Assembly (NCBI GenBank): GCA_045591265.1
Contig: JAZNSQ010000014.1
Coordinates: 69,386 to 133,385, forward strand
Direction of reading: 5' to 3'
From: Clostridia bacterium
GTDB lineage: Bacteria > Bacillota > Clostridia > UMGS1883
Length of the DNA: 64,000 nucleotides
Shown: piece by piece, positions 37,901 to 44,946 of the stretch
Layout: each line of letters starts with the position of its first letter
Position numbering within the stretch: the first letter of the stretch is position 1
Made by a program: the position numbers and the translations under genes
The notes under the pieces: model-generated
Told to the model about the DNA's origin: nothing
The model's input: the letters and a program-made list of their open reading frames with translations, nothing else
Databases searched by the model: none

Positions 37901-40462
37901 ATGAACAATATCAGACCACGAGAATATGACGGTAGCCATATTAAGTTTGTCGGTATGAATCCCGAAATCAGTTTGCTCCCACATCAGCGTGATGCTGTTG
38001 CAAGAGGTATTTACGGTGGCAATACTCTTTTAGCTCATTGTGTAGGTGCAGGAAAAACATACGAAATGGCAGCTATCGCTATGGAAGCAAAAAGACTTGG
38101 CTTGTGTCAAAAGAGTATGTTTGTAGTTCCTAATGCCCTTGTCGGACAATGGGCAGCAGAAATCTATTCCTTATATCCGGCAGCAAATATCTTGGTTGCA
38201 ACAAAGAAAGACTTTGAAGCTAAAAACCGTAAAAAGTTTTGTGCAAGAATAGCAACAGGCAATTATGATGCCGTAATAATCGGACACAGCCAATTAGTCA
38301 AAATTCCTATTTCCTATGAGCGACAAGTGGCATTACTGCAACACGAAATTCACGAAATTTCTGAGGGTATAAAAAGGTTAAAGATTGAGAAAAATGAGGG
38401 ATTTTCAGTAAAACAGCTTGAAAAGACTAAGAAAAATCTCTTAGACAAATTGAAAAGGCTGACAGAAGCTCCCAAAAAGGATAATGTCGTATCGTTTGAA
38501 CAGCTTGGTGTAGATAAGCTGTTTATTGATGAATCAGACGAGTTCAAAAACCTCTATCTTTATTCCAAAATGACAGATGTTGCCGGAATAACACAGACAG
38601 TAGCACAAAAAGCAACAGACCTTTATATGAAATGCAGATACATTGACGAGCTGACAGATTATAAAGGAAATGTACACGCAACAGGAACACCTATCTCAAA
38701 TTCTATGGTTGAGCTTTACACCATACAGCGATATTTGCAGTATAACGAGCTTGAAAAGCGTGGATTTATTCATTTTGATGCGTGGGCAGCACAATTTGGA
38801 GAAACCGTAACAGCTATGGAGCTTGCCCCCGAAGGAACAGGCTATCGTATGAAAACAAGATTTGCAAAGTTCAATAACATACCCGAACTAATGGCTATGT
38901 TCAAAGAGGTTGCAGATATAAAGACAAGCGATATGCTTAATCTCCCTGTACCCGAAAAGGAGCTTATAAATGTAAAAGTTGTAGCGAGTGATGACCAAAA
39001 AGAATATGTTGCAGACTTAGCTGACCGTGCTGAAGATGTGCGAGATAGAAAAGTTAAGCCGTATGAGGATAATATGCTGAAAATCACAAATGACGGCAGA
39101 AAACTTGCACTCGACCAAAGGCTTGTAAATCCTCTGTACCCCGATGAAGAAATCAGTAAAATAAACACGGCAATAGGAAACATTTTCAGCATTTGGGAAG
39201 AAACAACTGCTGATAGATGTACACAGCTTGTTTTCTGTGATTTATCTACTCCGACACAAGACCATTCATTTAATGTCTATGACGATATTCGTGATAAATT
39301 AGTGAAATTGGGTGTGCCGAGAGAAGAAATCGCATTTATTCACGAAGCAACGACAGAAACTAAAAGAGCTGAATTATTTGCATCTGTAAAATGCGGTGAT
39401 GTTCGTGTGCTTATCGGCTCTACAAAGAAAATGGGAGCCGGTATGAATGTACAGGACAGATTGATTGCTTTACACAATCTTGACTGCCCTTGGCGACCAC
39501 GAGATATGGAACAGCGTATGGGGCGAATTGTACGGCGAGGTAATATGAATAAAAAGGTGCGTTTATATCAGTATGTTACTGAAGATACATTCGACAGCTA
39601 TAACTATCAGATACTTGAAAATAAGCAGCGTTTCATATCACAGATAATGACGAGCAAATCTCCTGCCCGTTCTGCTGATGACATTGATAACGACACATTG
39701 ACCTATGCAGAAGTAAAGGCACTTGCAACAGGAAATCCTTTAATAAAGGAAAAAATGGAGCTTGAAACTATTGTGCAGAAATTAAAGGTTAGTCGTAACA
39801 ACTATGAAAATCAGCATTACCGTCTTGAAGATGCTATTTTGAAGTACATTCCGTCAAAGATAGCAACGGCAAAGGGTAAAATTGCAGTTCATCAAAAAGA
39901 CATTGCTTTTATAACGGAATACAAAGAGAAAACTCCCTTACCCGAAAAAAGTAATTTCTACGGTATGACAATTCAAGATATAAAGTACACAGAAAAAGCA
40001 GATGCCGGAAAAGCATTACTTGAAGCTCTTGATAAGCACCGTTCTCTTGATGAAATATATCTCGGTGAATATATGGGGTTTGCTTTGTACGGTAACAGTT
40101 CTCCTTACCTCTTGACAGAGCATAAGCTGATTTTACGAAAAAACACATCTTATGAGCTTACTTTGGGTGATGATATTTACGGTAACATTCAGAGAATTGA
40201 CAACGCATTGTCGGGCATTACCGATAAAATCGCCTATTGGGAAAACGAGCTTAAAGAAAGTGAAAAGGCACTTGAACAATCTAAAATTGAGTTTGCAAAG
40301 CCGTTTGACCGTGAAGAAGAATATCAAGCTCATACTGCACGATTAGCAGAGCTAAACGCACTTTTAACGGTTAAAAAGGAAAAGCCGATTATTGATACAA
40401 CTATTTCCGAAGAAGATGTATCAGAGCAAGACAAAAAAAGAAATAAAGAATTAGAAAGGTAG
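31904..40462 (+). CDS. Giant DarB-like protein: ArdC-like N-domain, MutS-I-like domain, N6-adenine MTase, SF2 helicase
   Basis: KYPFADQILIYAQRPHAT; QLGDFYEFYGKDA; LDPSCGTGHF and GNVPFG; AHCVGAGKT, FIDESDEF, ATGTPISN, QRMGRIVRRGN. Confidence 0.92.
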   Translation: MASTVKAITAVSLETMERLSNYENWTAFLSSAAWQFKYPFADQILIYAQRPHATACGTFEFWHENKSWYRWIRKGVEGIALLRETNKGYKLEYVYDVSDTRSMDGKRFYLWQYDSRLEDAVIETLENTFGELTDKTTLEDAIINAARIAVEDSKADYLAELKYAKENSFLEDLDEFNIDVEFQRIAEASVAFMIMQRLNLKPQEIFEREDFQAIADFNTPEVINVLGSAVSSIAEQGIREISKTVIAEKRKLREQAKFFAKENNPVYNNDKQEDLNDNENMERNDESVSTDNLHSDRRLQVPELDSSDTQQTDRQIRQTSENISERESPLSVLDDVDKGTDITTSVGDRRTSENTGTGIDNSDGTEQRSERGTESERPDEMDGTYEQSSPFSGGNRASGVGVQLSFLLPTEEEQINSLEQRKAERDNRSAFSLSQEEIDAVLQEGSDFTHGKYRIYELFTGISTLKERAEFLKKEYGHGGKGFTFADGTNGYVSSNGKGIHISKYNDMLHPDIILNWETVAKYIGNLVAYDRYLSPEEKEKYPAYKEMMAEYTERKEIADEMRAIVREYDETKAESSEAINRYACIGAIGRFQEDRISFHGRKKEGESVTAIIMDGFNTIIKNEPEKYSERIGLVIKRAIPYLDIPNVEKQQEEYDLSAVIEQAKQILTKAEYVVDDEIINYAIDHKLKNDGVTAPNAEQVAEAYEQVLIDNEKDNLSSLSSYDRYKHLKEENPDSVVIVQLGDFYEFYGKDAEIIAELRDLHITGKVTASGERVSMCGVPAHALEANIEALQNNGYAVVVNSIDTDTGEITINHYGSNVQQEKEPTIREIFDEYAPLIVSKVLNDEAYVNACYNSDEQNARLECDEAVKRAVMSLPFEENASLHKLYYDMAEFHRRLESHAFEKTYELILYEKDLPVYDRETEIIGDILSAIGRNDVQMEFDDNGIVGVAPDKRMAGQEFYQFLINEVLLDIGGLNLFKLTDKNLNDFKDLMFHHGMEDAYNKAIEIRIPKEIRDIGKPQTAPEKPQSNTYEHRNYVLLKKLAPEILSKESSYIHFVAGSAIMPLTVEHLSGNRIAVSHYYKQDGDSIADPDMEFVFDNENETLTAVSFQQGSFYQTTETPNGINKTLERELNSFANQWFRNNDSYGFVKEIQKVKWQDETIELTFNKDGDITSIVGTQETVSDYVETHNLDLVQISTDTYGILAPSAPEEEQTEEISEAEAHDKRNFHIVNDNIGHGTKEEKYEANVAAIRTLKQIESENRLATPEEQEILSGYVGWGGLDSCFDENNKHYAELKELLTEEEYTSANASVLTAFYTPPVIMRSMYKALDNIGFKTGNILDPSCGTGHFMGTLPDSMQDSKMYGVELDSISGRIARQLYQKNNIEIRGYEDSTLPNSYFDVAIGNVPFGGYKVFDSEYNKYNFLIHDYFFAKSIDKVRSGGVIAFITTNGIGGGTMDKADDRVRRYIAERCDLIGAVRLPINAFSENAGTKTNTDIVFLQKLDYIRNLEEDAPDWIDTDVFYENDYTDNEGNTTHNILTINKYFTQHPEMVLGNLEVISGPYGPQLVCQPNNDTSLAEQLGRAIENLEAEIPEYDIESSSDYEVTSIPADPDVKNFSYTLVEGEIYFRENGLMHKVEVNRTAASRIKGLIELRDCTYKLIDLQLHDATNESITEQQAELNKLYDAYVQKYDRINSRGNEMAFSDDGSYYLLCSLEVLDNKGNFERKADMFTKRTIKNYTPVQSVETAVEALEVSISERALVDMGFMSSLSGKTFDELEEDLQGIIFRDIKCPTNVEEFVGDDEMLHKYLFVTADEYLSGDVRLKLKMAEAMREAQPDHKKHLVDANIAALKEVQPKDLEASEIAVRLGTHWIPTEVYRQFIFDLLETPEQYQDDIDVLYSDITGDWNVTGKSADRSDNVRANVTYGTSRVNAYWLIQDCLRFKNSKVYDKDRNGKPIINETETAAAQERQELIREAFKDWIWKDPDRREMLTKFYNETMNNIRPREYDGSHIKFVGMNPEISLLPHQRDAVARGIYGGNTLLAHCVGAGKTYEMAAIAMEAKRLGLCQKSMFVVPNALVGQWAAEIYSLYPAANILVATKKDFEAKNRKKFCARIATGNYDAVIIGHSQLVKIPISYERQVALLQHEIHEISEGIKRLKIEKNEGFSVKQLEKTKKNLLDKLKRLTEAPKKDNVVSFEQLGVDKLFIDESDEFKNLYLYSKMTDVAGITQTVAQKATDLYMKCRYIDELTDYKGNVHATGTPISNSMVELYTIQRYLQYNELEKRGFIHFDAWAAQFGETVTAMELAPEGTGYRMKTRFAKFNNIPELMAMFKEVADIKTSDMLNLPVPEKELINVKVVASDDQKEYVADLADRAEDVRDRKVKPYEDNMLKITNDGRKLALDQRLVNPLYPDEEISKINTAIGNIFSIWEETTADRCTQLVFCDLSTPTQDHSFNVYDDIRDKLVKLGVPREEIAFIHEATTETKRAELFASVKCGDVRVLIGSTKKMGAGMNVQDRLIALHNLDCPWRPRDMEQRMGRIVRRGNMNKKVRLYQYVTEDTFDSYNYQILENKQRFISQIMTSKSPARSADDIDNDTLTYAEVKALATGNPLIKEKMELETIVQKLKVSRNNYENQHYRLEDAILKYIPSKIATAKGKIAVHQKDIAFITEYKEKTPLPEKSNFYGMTIQDIKYTEKADAGKALLEALDKHRSLDEIYLGEYMGFALYGNSSPYLLTEHKLILRKNTSYELTLGDDIYGNIQRIDNALSGITDKIAYWENELKESEKALEQSKIEFAKPFDREEEYQAHTARLAELNALLTVKKEKPIIDTTISEEDVSEQDKKRNKELER
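32679..32707 (+). promoter_or_regulatory. Intragenic SigA promoter for nested TnpV
   Basis: TTGCAA(32679)-17bp-TATAAT(32702). Confidence 0.75.
32763..33116 (+). CDS. tnpV: TnpV-family protein nested in +1 frame of the giant gene
   Basis: ITYTQIGDYKYPNL...IGKYGRLRRTYLKENRP..LY...HLSEIDEQA...GVNEELKAKDPMKWTGLMNNLRHSAEEIVLRELVY; SD AAAGGA 9 nt before GTG. Confidence 0.88.
   Translation: MSAQITYTQIGDYKYPNLTAPTHNKPIGKYGRLRRTYLKENRPCLYSMMLIKGQILQHLSEIDEQARTQVQELITAMAQSNGVNEELKAKDPMKWTGLMNNLRHSAEEIVLRELVYS
33163..33203 (+). terminator. Intragenic intrinsic terminator after tnpV
   Basis: AAAAGCAGAGCGA-GATAA-TCGTTCTGC-TTTTTCGCTTT. Confidence 0.75.
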
Positions 40463-40807
40463 ATGTATATGAAATTTGAAGAAAAATATCCTGTTTTAAT
40501 AGGACACGCTGATGACGGTAGCACAGCAAGACTTCACAGCATAAAGGAAGTTGCAGCATACATCTGTAATAAAGGCTTATATGGTGATGTTCGTATTTTT
40601 CAGGAAAACGGAACACCGTTCCTTGACACCTTTGGAATTTATATTAACAGAATATCCGATATGCAATATCGTGAAGAACTGTTGAAGCAACTTATTCCAA
40701 TGCAACAGGAACTTGACGGAACGGCAGAGATTTTAGGAGATAAATCTTCTGAAATTTCACCACAAAAAGAACAAAATAAAAAGAAAAACAAAGAATATGA
40801 AAGGTAG
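40463..40807 (+). CDS. Hypothetical protein, KEYER tail
   Basis: GTPFLDTFGIYINRISDMQYREELLKQLIPMQ. Confidence 0.8.
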   Translation: MYMKFEEKYPVLIGHADDGSTARLHSIKEVAAYICNKGLYGDVRIFQENGTPFLDTFGIYINRISDMQYREELLKQLIPMQQELDGTAEILGDKSSEISPQKEQNKKKNKEYER

Positions 40808-40815
40808 GATATTTT

Positions 40816-41295
40816 ATGGTTAAATATGAAATTCACCCCGACTATCAGACAACAGGAAATGTTATTAAGTTCTGTCGTGAAGTTTACGGACTTACTCAAA
40901 AAGAACTTGGACTTATGCTTGGTTTCAGCGAAAGCACAGCAGATGTTCGCATAGCTCAGTATGAAGCTAATGTCAGAACACCCAATCCCGAACTAATACG
41001 GAAAATGGCACAGGTATTCAATATAAGCAGACACGCACTTGAAAGACCGTCTTTGACTTCCGAAACGGCAACCGTGCATACCATTTATAAAATGGATTCC
41101 ATATACGGATTGAATGTTGCACGGGACGGCAACGATTATTACATATCGTTACCTAATAATCATACACAGTTTCACGGAGCAATCGCTACTCTTTATGAAT
41201 TAAGAGAGCAAGTGTTAAAAGGCGAACTGCACCCCTACGAATATCAGTTAATCAAATACACCTACGGCGGTTGTTATGATTCACTTCAACGCTGA
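40816..41295 (+). CDS. XRE/Cro-type HTH transcriptional regulator
   Basis: GNVIKFCREVYGLTQKELGLMLGFSESTADVRIAQYEANVRTP; terminator at 41297-41328. Confidence 0.88.
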   Translation: MVKYEIHPDYQTTGNVIKFCREVYGLTQKELGLMLGFSESTADVRIAQYEANVRTPNPELIRKMAQVFNISRHALERPSLTSETATVHTIYKMDSIYGLNVARDGNDYYISLPNNHTQFHGAIATLYELREQVLKGELHPYEYQLIKYTYGGCYDSLQR

Positions 41296-41357
41296 GAAAG
41301 TCTGCTGAAAACGGCAGACTTTTTCTTATGCAAAAAAATATTTTTTTACGAGGTCAG

Positions 41358-41382
41358 ATTTGGGAGTACAAATTGCTACAAT
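41358..41382 (+). promoter_or_regulatory. Extended -10 promoter overlapping an inverted, nick-less oriT copy
   Basis: ATTTGGGAGTACAAAT-TGC-TACAAT. Confidence 0.55.
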
Positions 41383-41428
41383 GAAATTACAAGGACAACT
41401 TGTAAATAATTTTTTGGAGGTGTTTCCG

Positions 41429-41773
41429 ATGAAGCAATATGAAGTTCAAATCTCTCTTACCTATTCCAAACAGGAGCTTGTAGAAGCTGATAGCTTAGAA
41501 GAAGCTGTCAGAAAAAAAGCAAAAGAGATTTCTGAAAAATATGCAAGTGGAGATAATTTCGGAAATGTTGTTTACATCATAGTTGATGCAAGCGAAAAGT
41601 TCCCCGATGGGAACACAACAAATGTGCGAACAATGTTGAGTTCTTTTAATGATTTCAGTTGCGATAACATTGAAATTCGTACTTGGAAAGCAACAGAAAA
41701 GAAAAAGAAAGAACTCCCCGAAGAATGTAAAAACTGTCCCGAAAAAGACAGTTGCGAGTGTATCGCAGACTAA
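41429..41773 (+). CDS. Hypothetical protein with C-terminal CxxC-x4-CxC
   Basis: SD GGAGG; ECKNCPEKDSCEC. Confidence 0.75.
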   Translation: MKQYEVQISLTYSKQELVEADSLEEAVRKKAKEISEKYASGDNFGNVVYIIVDASEKFPDGNTTNVRTMLSSFNDFSCDNIEIRTWKATEKKKKELPEECKNCPEKDSCECIAD

Positions 41774-41778
41774 GGTGT

Positions 41779-41875
41779 TAAGGGGTACACAAATGCACCG
41801 CATTTGTTGTAGCAAGCACGGCATTTGTACTCCCAAATGCCCCTTGTTAGGTGCTTCGCCCCTAATACCCCTTAC
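41779..41875 (-). other. Putative oriT (MOB-P type)
   Basis: Minus strand GGCATTTG-GGAGTA-CAAATGCC inverted repeat immediately followed by GTGCTTGC nic-like motif; second hairpin CAAATGC-ACC-GCATTTG; outer TAAGGGGTA/TACCCCTTA; upstream of mobC-relaxase. Confidence 0.65.
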
Positions 41876-41907
41876 CATACGGCATTATGAAATGAGGTGC
41901 ATCAAAG

Positions 41908-42504
41908 ATGATTGTTGTAAATTTGTTTGGTGTTCCGGGTGCAGGAAAATCCACAGGAGCAGCTTACATATTTTCCAATCTCAAAATGCGTGGCATTAAC
42001 GCAGAGCTTGTAACAGAGTTTGCAAAGGATATGGTATGGGAAAACAACACAGAGGTATTCAAAAATCAAGCCTATATTTTCGGTACGCAGAGTTTCCGCA
42101 TAAGCCGATGTCAAGATAAGGTTGATGTAATTGTTACCGATTGCCCGTTATTCCTTACCGCCTTTTATAACAAAAGTCCGATACTCGGAAAGCAATTCAA
42201 TGATGTTGTTTTCAATGTCTTTAACTCATATAACAATGTCAATTATTTCATTGACAGAGTAAAAGATTACAACCCTATCGGAAGATTGCAAACCGAAAAA
42301 GAAGCACAGGCATTAAGAGAGCCAATGCTGAAAATGCTGAAAGATTACAATGTAGATTTCACAACAATAGACGGTACTTTCAAAGGCTACGATTTAATTG
42401 TTGATGAAATCAGCGAAAAAGCAAAGGAAAATATGAAAAACGAACACAGCACTCGGAACTCAAACGCACAGAGAAAAAAGCGTGATACAGCTTATGAACG
42501 ATAA
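41908..42504 (+). CDS. P-loop kinase-like protein (AAA_28/NadR-like), TAYER tail
   Basis: NLFGVPGAGKSTGAA, ELVTEFAKDMVWE, IVTDCPL. Confidence 0.8.
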   Translation: MIVVNLFGVPGAGKSTGAAYIFSNLKMRGINAELVTEFAKDMVWENNTEVFKNQAYIFGTQSFRISRCQDKVDVIVTDCPLFLTAFYNKSPILGKQFNDVVFNVFNSYNNVNYFIDRVKDYNPIGRLQTEKEAQALREPMLKMLKDYNVDFTTIDGTFKGYDLIVDEISEKAKENMKNEHSTRNSNAQRKKRDTAYER

Positions 42505-42517
42505 GGAGGTGTTTGAA

Positions 42518-42826
42518 ATGAGATACCGAAACAGGCGATTTAGCTTGTGGCTGAATGATGAAGAATTTGAGCATCTGACAAAACAGGCTAAAATCGCCGG
42601 ACTAAAAAAAGAGCCGTTTATACGAAAGTTAATCAACGGTGAAACGATAAGGGCAAGACCGCCCGACACATATTATAAGCTCTTGCAAGAGATAAATGCT
42701 ATCGGAGTTAATATAAATCAGATTGCTCATATAGCAAACGCAGAGCGAACAATAACAAACGACAGGATTGAATACGCTGTCGAACTTGTTGACGATATTA
42801 TGGAGAAGATTCGTGATTTGGAATAA
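42518..42826 (+). CDS. mobC: MobC relaxosome accessory protein
   Basis: RHH-like N-terminus, LLQEINAIGVNINQIAHIAN. Confidence 0.92.
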   Translation: MRYRNRRFSLWLNDEEFEHLTKQAKIAGLKKEPFIRKLINGETIRARPPDTYYKLLQEINAIGVNINQIAHIANAERTITNDRIEYAVELVDDIMEKIRDLE

Positions 42827-44184
42827 TGGCTATCACGAAAATATGGAGCATTAAAACCCGACTTGATTCAAGTCTTAATTATATTGTCAACCCCGAAAAA
42901 ACAAAATATCACCTTGATATGGAGGCTGCCGAAGATGTAGAAAAATATATCCGAAATGATGACAAGACCGAACAAGGCTTATATGTCAAATCATTCAACT
43001 GCCGGAAAGACGCATATAAGCGTATGCTGAAAACTCAAAAGAAGTTCGGAAAGCATAACCGAAAAAACGGTGTTATTGCATATCACATAGTACAATCTTT
43101 CAAAGATTTTGAAACAACCCCCGAAATTGCACATCAAGCAGGACTTGAATTTGCTCAAAGGCTTTTTGCCGACAATTATGAGGTCGTTGTAGCTACACAT
43201 TTAGACCACGACCACTATCATAATCACATCATTATAAATTCTGTTTCATTTAAGAGTGGTAAAAAATACAGAAACAGCTTTAAGGACTACTTTGGGGATA
43301 TACGAGGTATTTCAGATGATATTTGCAGAAAGCATTGTTTATCGGTTATAGAAAATCCGAAGCACAGAGGAATGAAGTACGCTGAAGCTATGGCAGAAAA
43401 ACAGGGCGATTCTATTCGCTGTCAAGTACGGCGAGATATTGATGAGATTATCAAATCGTCATACACAATGAAGGACTTTTGGAGAAATCTTGAAAAGCGT
43501 GGTTTCGTGATGAAACGCTTTGGTGCTAAATACAAATTTACATCATTCGTTCCACCTTACGGAGATAGAGCTATCCGACTTGACAAACTCGGAAAGCATT
43601 ATACCGAAGAAGCAATACAGGAGCGAATTATAGCAGCAAGGAATGGTATTCAAATGGCTTCTCCCTCTGATATGTACAAAGGCGGTTTTGATTTTGATAG
43701 TCAATACAAACATTATGAATCGAAAAAGCTCAAAGGCTTTGTTGCTTTATATTATCACTATCTGTATCTGTTCGGAAAAATTAAAAAGAAACAAGTTCCG
43801 CAAAGGGTGTCTTTCTATTTGCGTGATGAAATCGTCAAACTTGAACGATACCAAAAACAATTCAAATTCCTATACAACAATAACATTGAAACGGTGGCTG
43901 ACCTTACGGCACATCACCGAAAAGCAGAAGCAAGAATTGACGAGCTTACAACGCAGAGAAAACAGCTTTACTCGGAACGGACAGAAGAAAACGCAGACGA
44001 GATAAAAAATAAAGCAAAAGAAATCAATACAGAGCTTACTACTCTACGGAGCGAACTTCGTATGTGTAAAGCAATCTATTCAGATGTTGAAAAAATAACG
44101 CAGAAAAAGCAGCAAGCCGACAGCTTGCAGCAACAGGCAGAAATGGAGGTAATGCAAAATGAACACAAGCGGAGAAGTCGCTGA
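42826..44184 (+). CDS. MOB-P relaxase
   Basis: MAITKIW..LNYIVNPEKT, AYHIVQSF, THLDHDHYHNHIIINSVS. Confidence 0.93.
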   Translation: MAITKIWSIKTRLDSSLNYIVNPEKTKYHLDMEAAEDVEKYIRNDDKTEQGLYVKSFNCRKDAYKRMLKTQKKFGKHNRKNGVIAYHIVQSFKDFETTPEIAHQAGLEFAQRLFADNYEVVVATHLDHDHYHNHIIINSVSFKSGKKYRNSFKDYFGDIRGISDDICRKHCLSVIENPKHRGMKYAEAMAEKQGDSIRCQVRRDIDEIIKSSYTMKDFWRNLEKRGFVMKRFGAKYKFTSFVPPYGDRAIRLDKLGKHYTEEAIQERIIAARNGIQMASPSDMYKGGFDFDSQYKHYESKKLKGFVALYYHYLYLFGKIKKKQVPQRVSFYLRDEIVKLERYQKQFKFLYNNNIETVADLTAHHRKAEARIDELTTQRKQLYSERTEENADEIKNKAKEINTELTTLRSELRMCKAIYSDVEKITQKKQQADSLQQQAEMEVMQNEHKRRSR

Positions 44185-44851
44185 TTTAATGGTAAAAGAA
44201 GGCTTGATGATTACAGAAGAAGTTGTCAAGTTGACCGGACTTGGAGCTAAAAACCTTGCAGCTATCATTATCGCTCTACTCAAAGAGGATAACAAGACAC
44301 AAGGCAAAACCAATATGAAGAAACTGCTCCAATCCAACAAGCCTTTATGTATTCTTCAGATTAAAGAAAGCGACCTTAAACAGTTCAATAAAGAAGCTAA
44401 TAAATACGGTGTTCTCTTTACTCCCATTAAGGACGAGAACAACAATACAGGACTTTGCGATATTATCGCAAAACAGGACGATGTTCCGCAGATAAACCGT
44501 ATCTTGGAAATTATGGGATATAACAAGCCGGAAATCGAAGCAGAGATTGAGCCGGAGAAAGACGGTGAAAATAAAGATGCTCCCGACAAGGCACAGGAGG
44601 AACACTCAAAAAACTCCAATCCCCGCATAAGAGAAAATCAGCAAGAGCGAGAATCTACGAAATGCGGGGATACGGAAAAAGAGGGCAACCCCTCTAATGG
44701 GAAACCATCTGTAAAGAAAAAGGTTGAGGAAATTAAGGAACAGCAAAAACAGCAGAAAGCTGATAAAGCTCCCGAAAAAGCTAAGACTCAGCAACATACT
44801 CAGCCTAACAAGAAAAAGAAGAAAAACAAAAAGAAAGGTAAAAACCGATAA
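44159..44851 (+). CDS. PcfB-like (DUF3801) protein
   Basis: MNTSGEVADLMVKEG..GAKNLAA..GKTNMKKLL..ANKYGVLF. Confidence 0.85.
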   Translation: MNTSGEVADLMVKEGLMITEEVVKLTGLGAKNLAAIIIALLKEDNKTQGKTNMKKLLQSNKPLCILQIKESDLKQFNKEANKYGVLFTPIKDENNNTGLCDIIAKQDDVPQINRILEIMGYNKPEIEAEIEPEKDGENKDAPDKAQEEHSKNSNPRIRENQQERESTKCGDTEKEGNPSNGKPSVKKKVEEIKEQQKQQKADKAPEKAKTQQHTQPNKKKKKNKKKGKNR

Positions 44852-44946
44852 TGTATTTACTGCACAGGCTCTTTGAGCCGCCTTAAATGAATTAAACGCT
44901 TCTACCCACAAAATAAACTATTATATGAAATCGGAGGAATTTTTAT

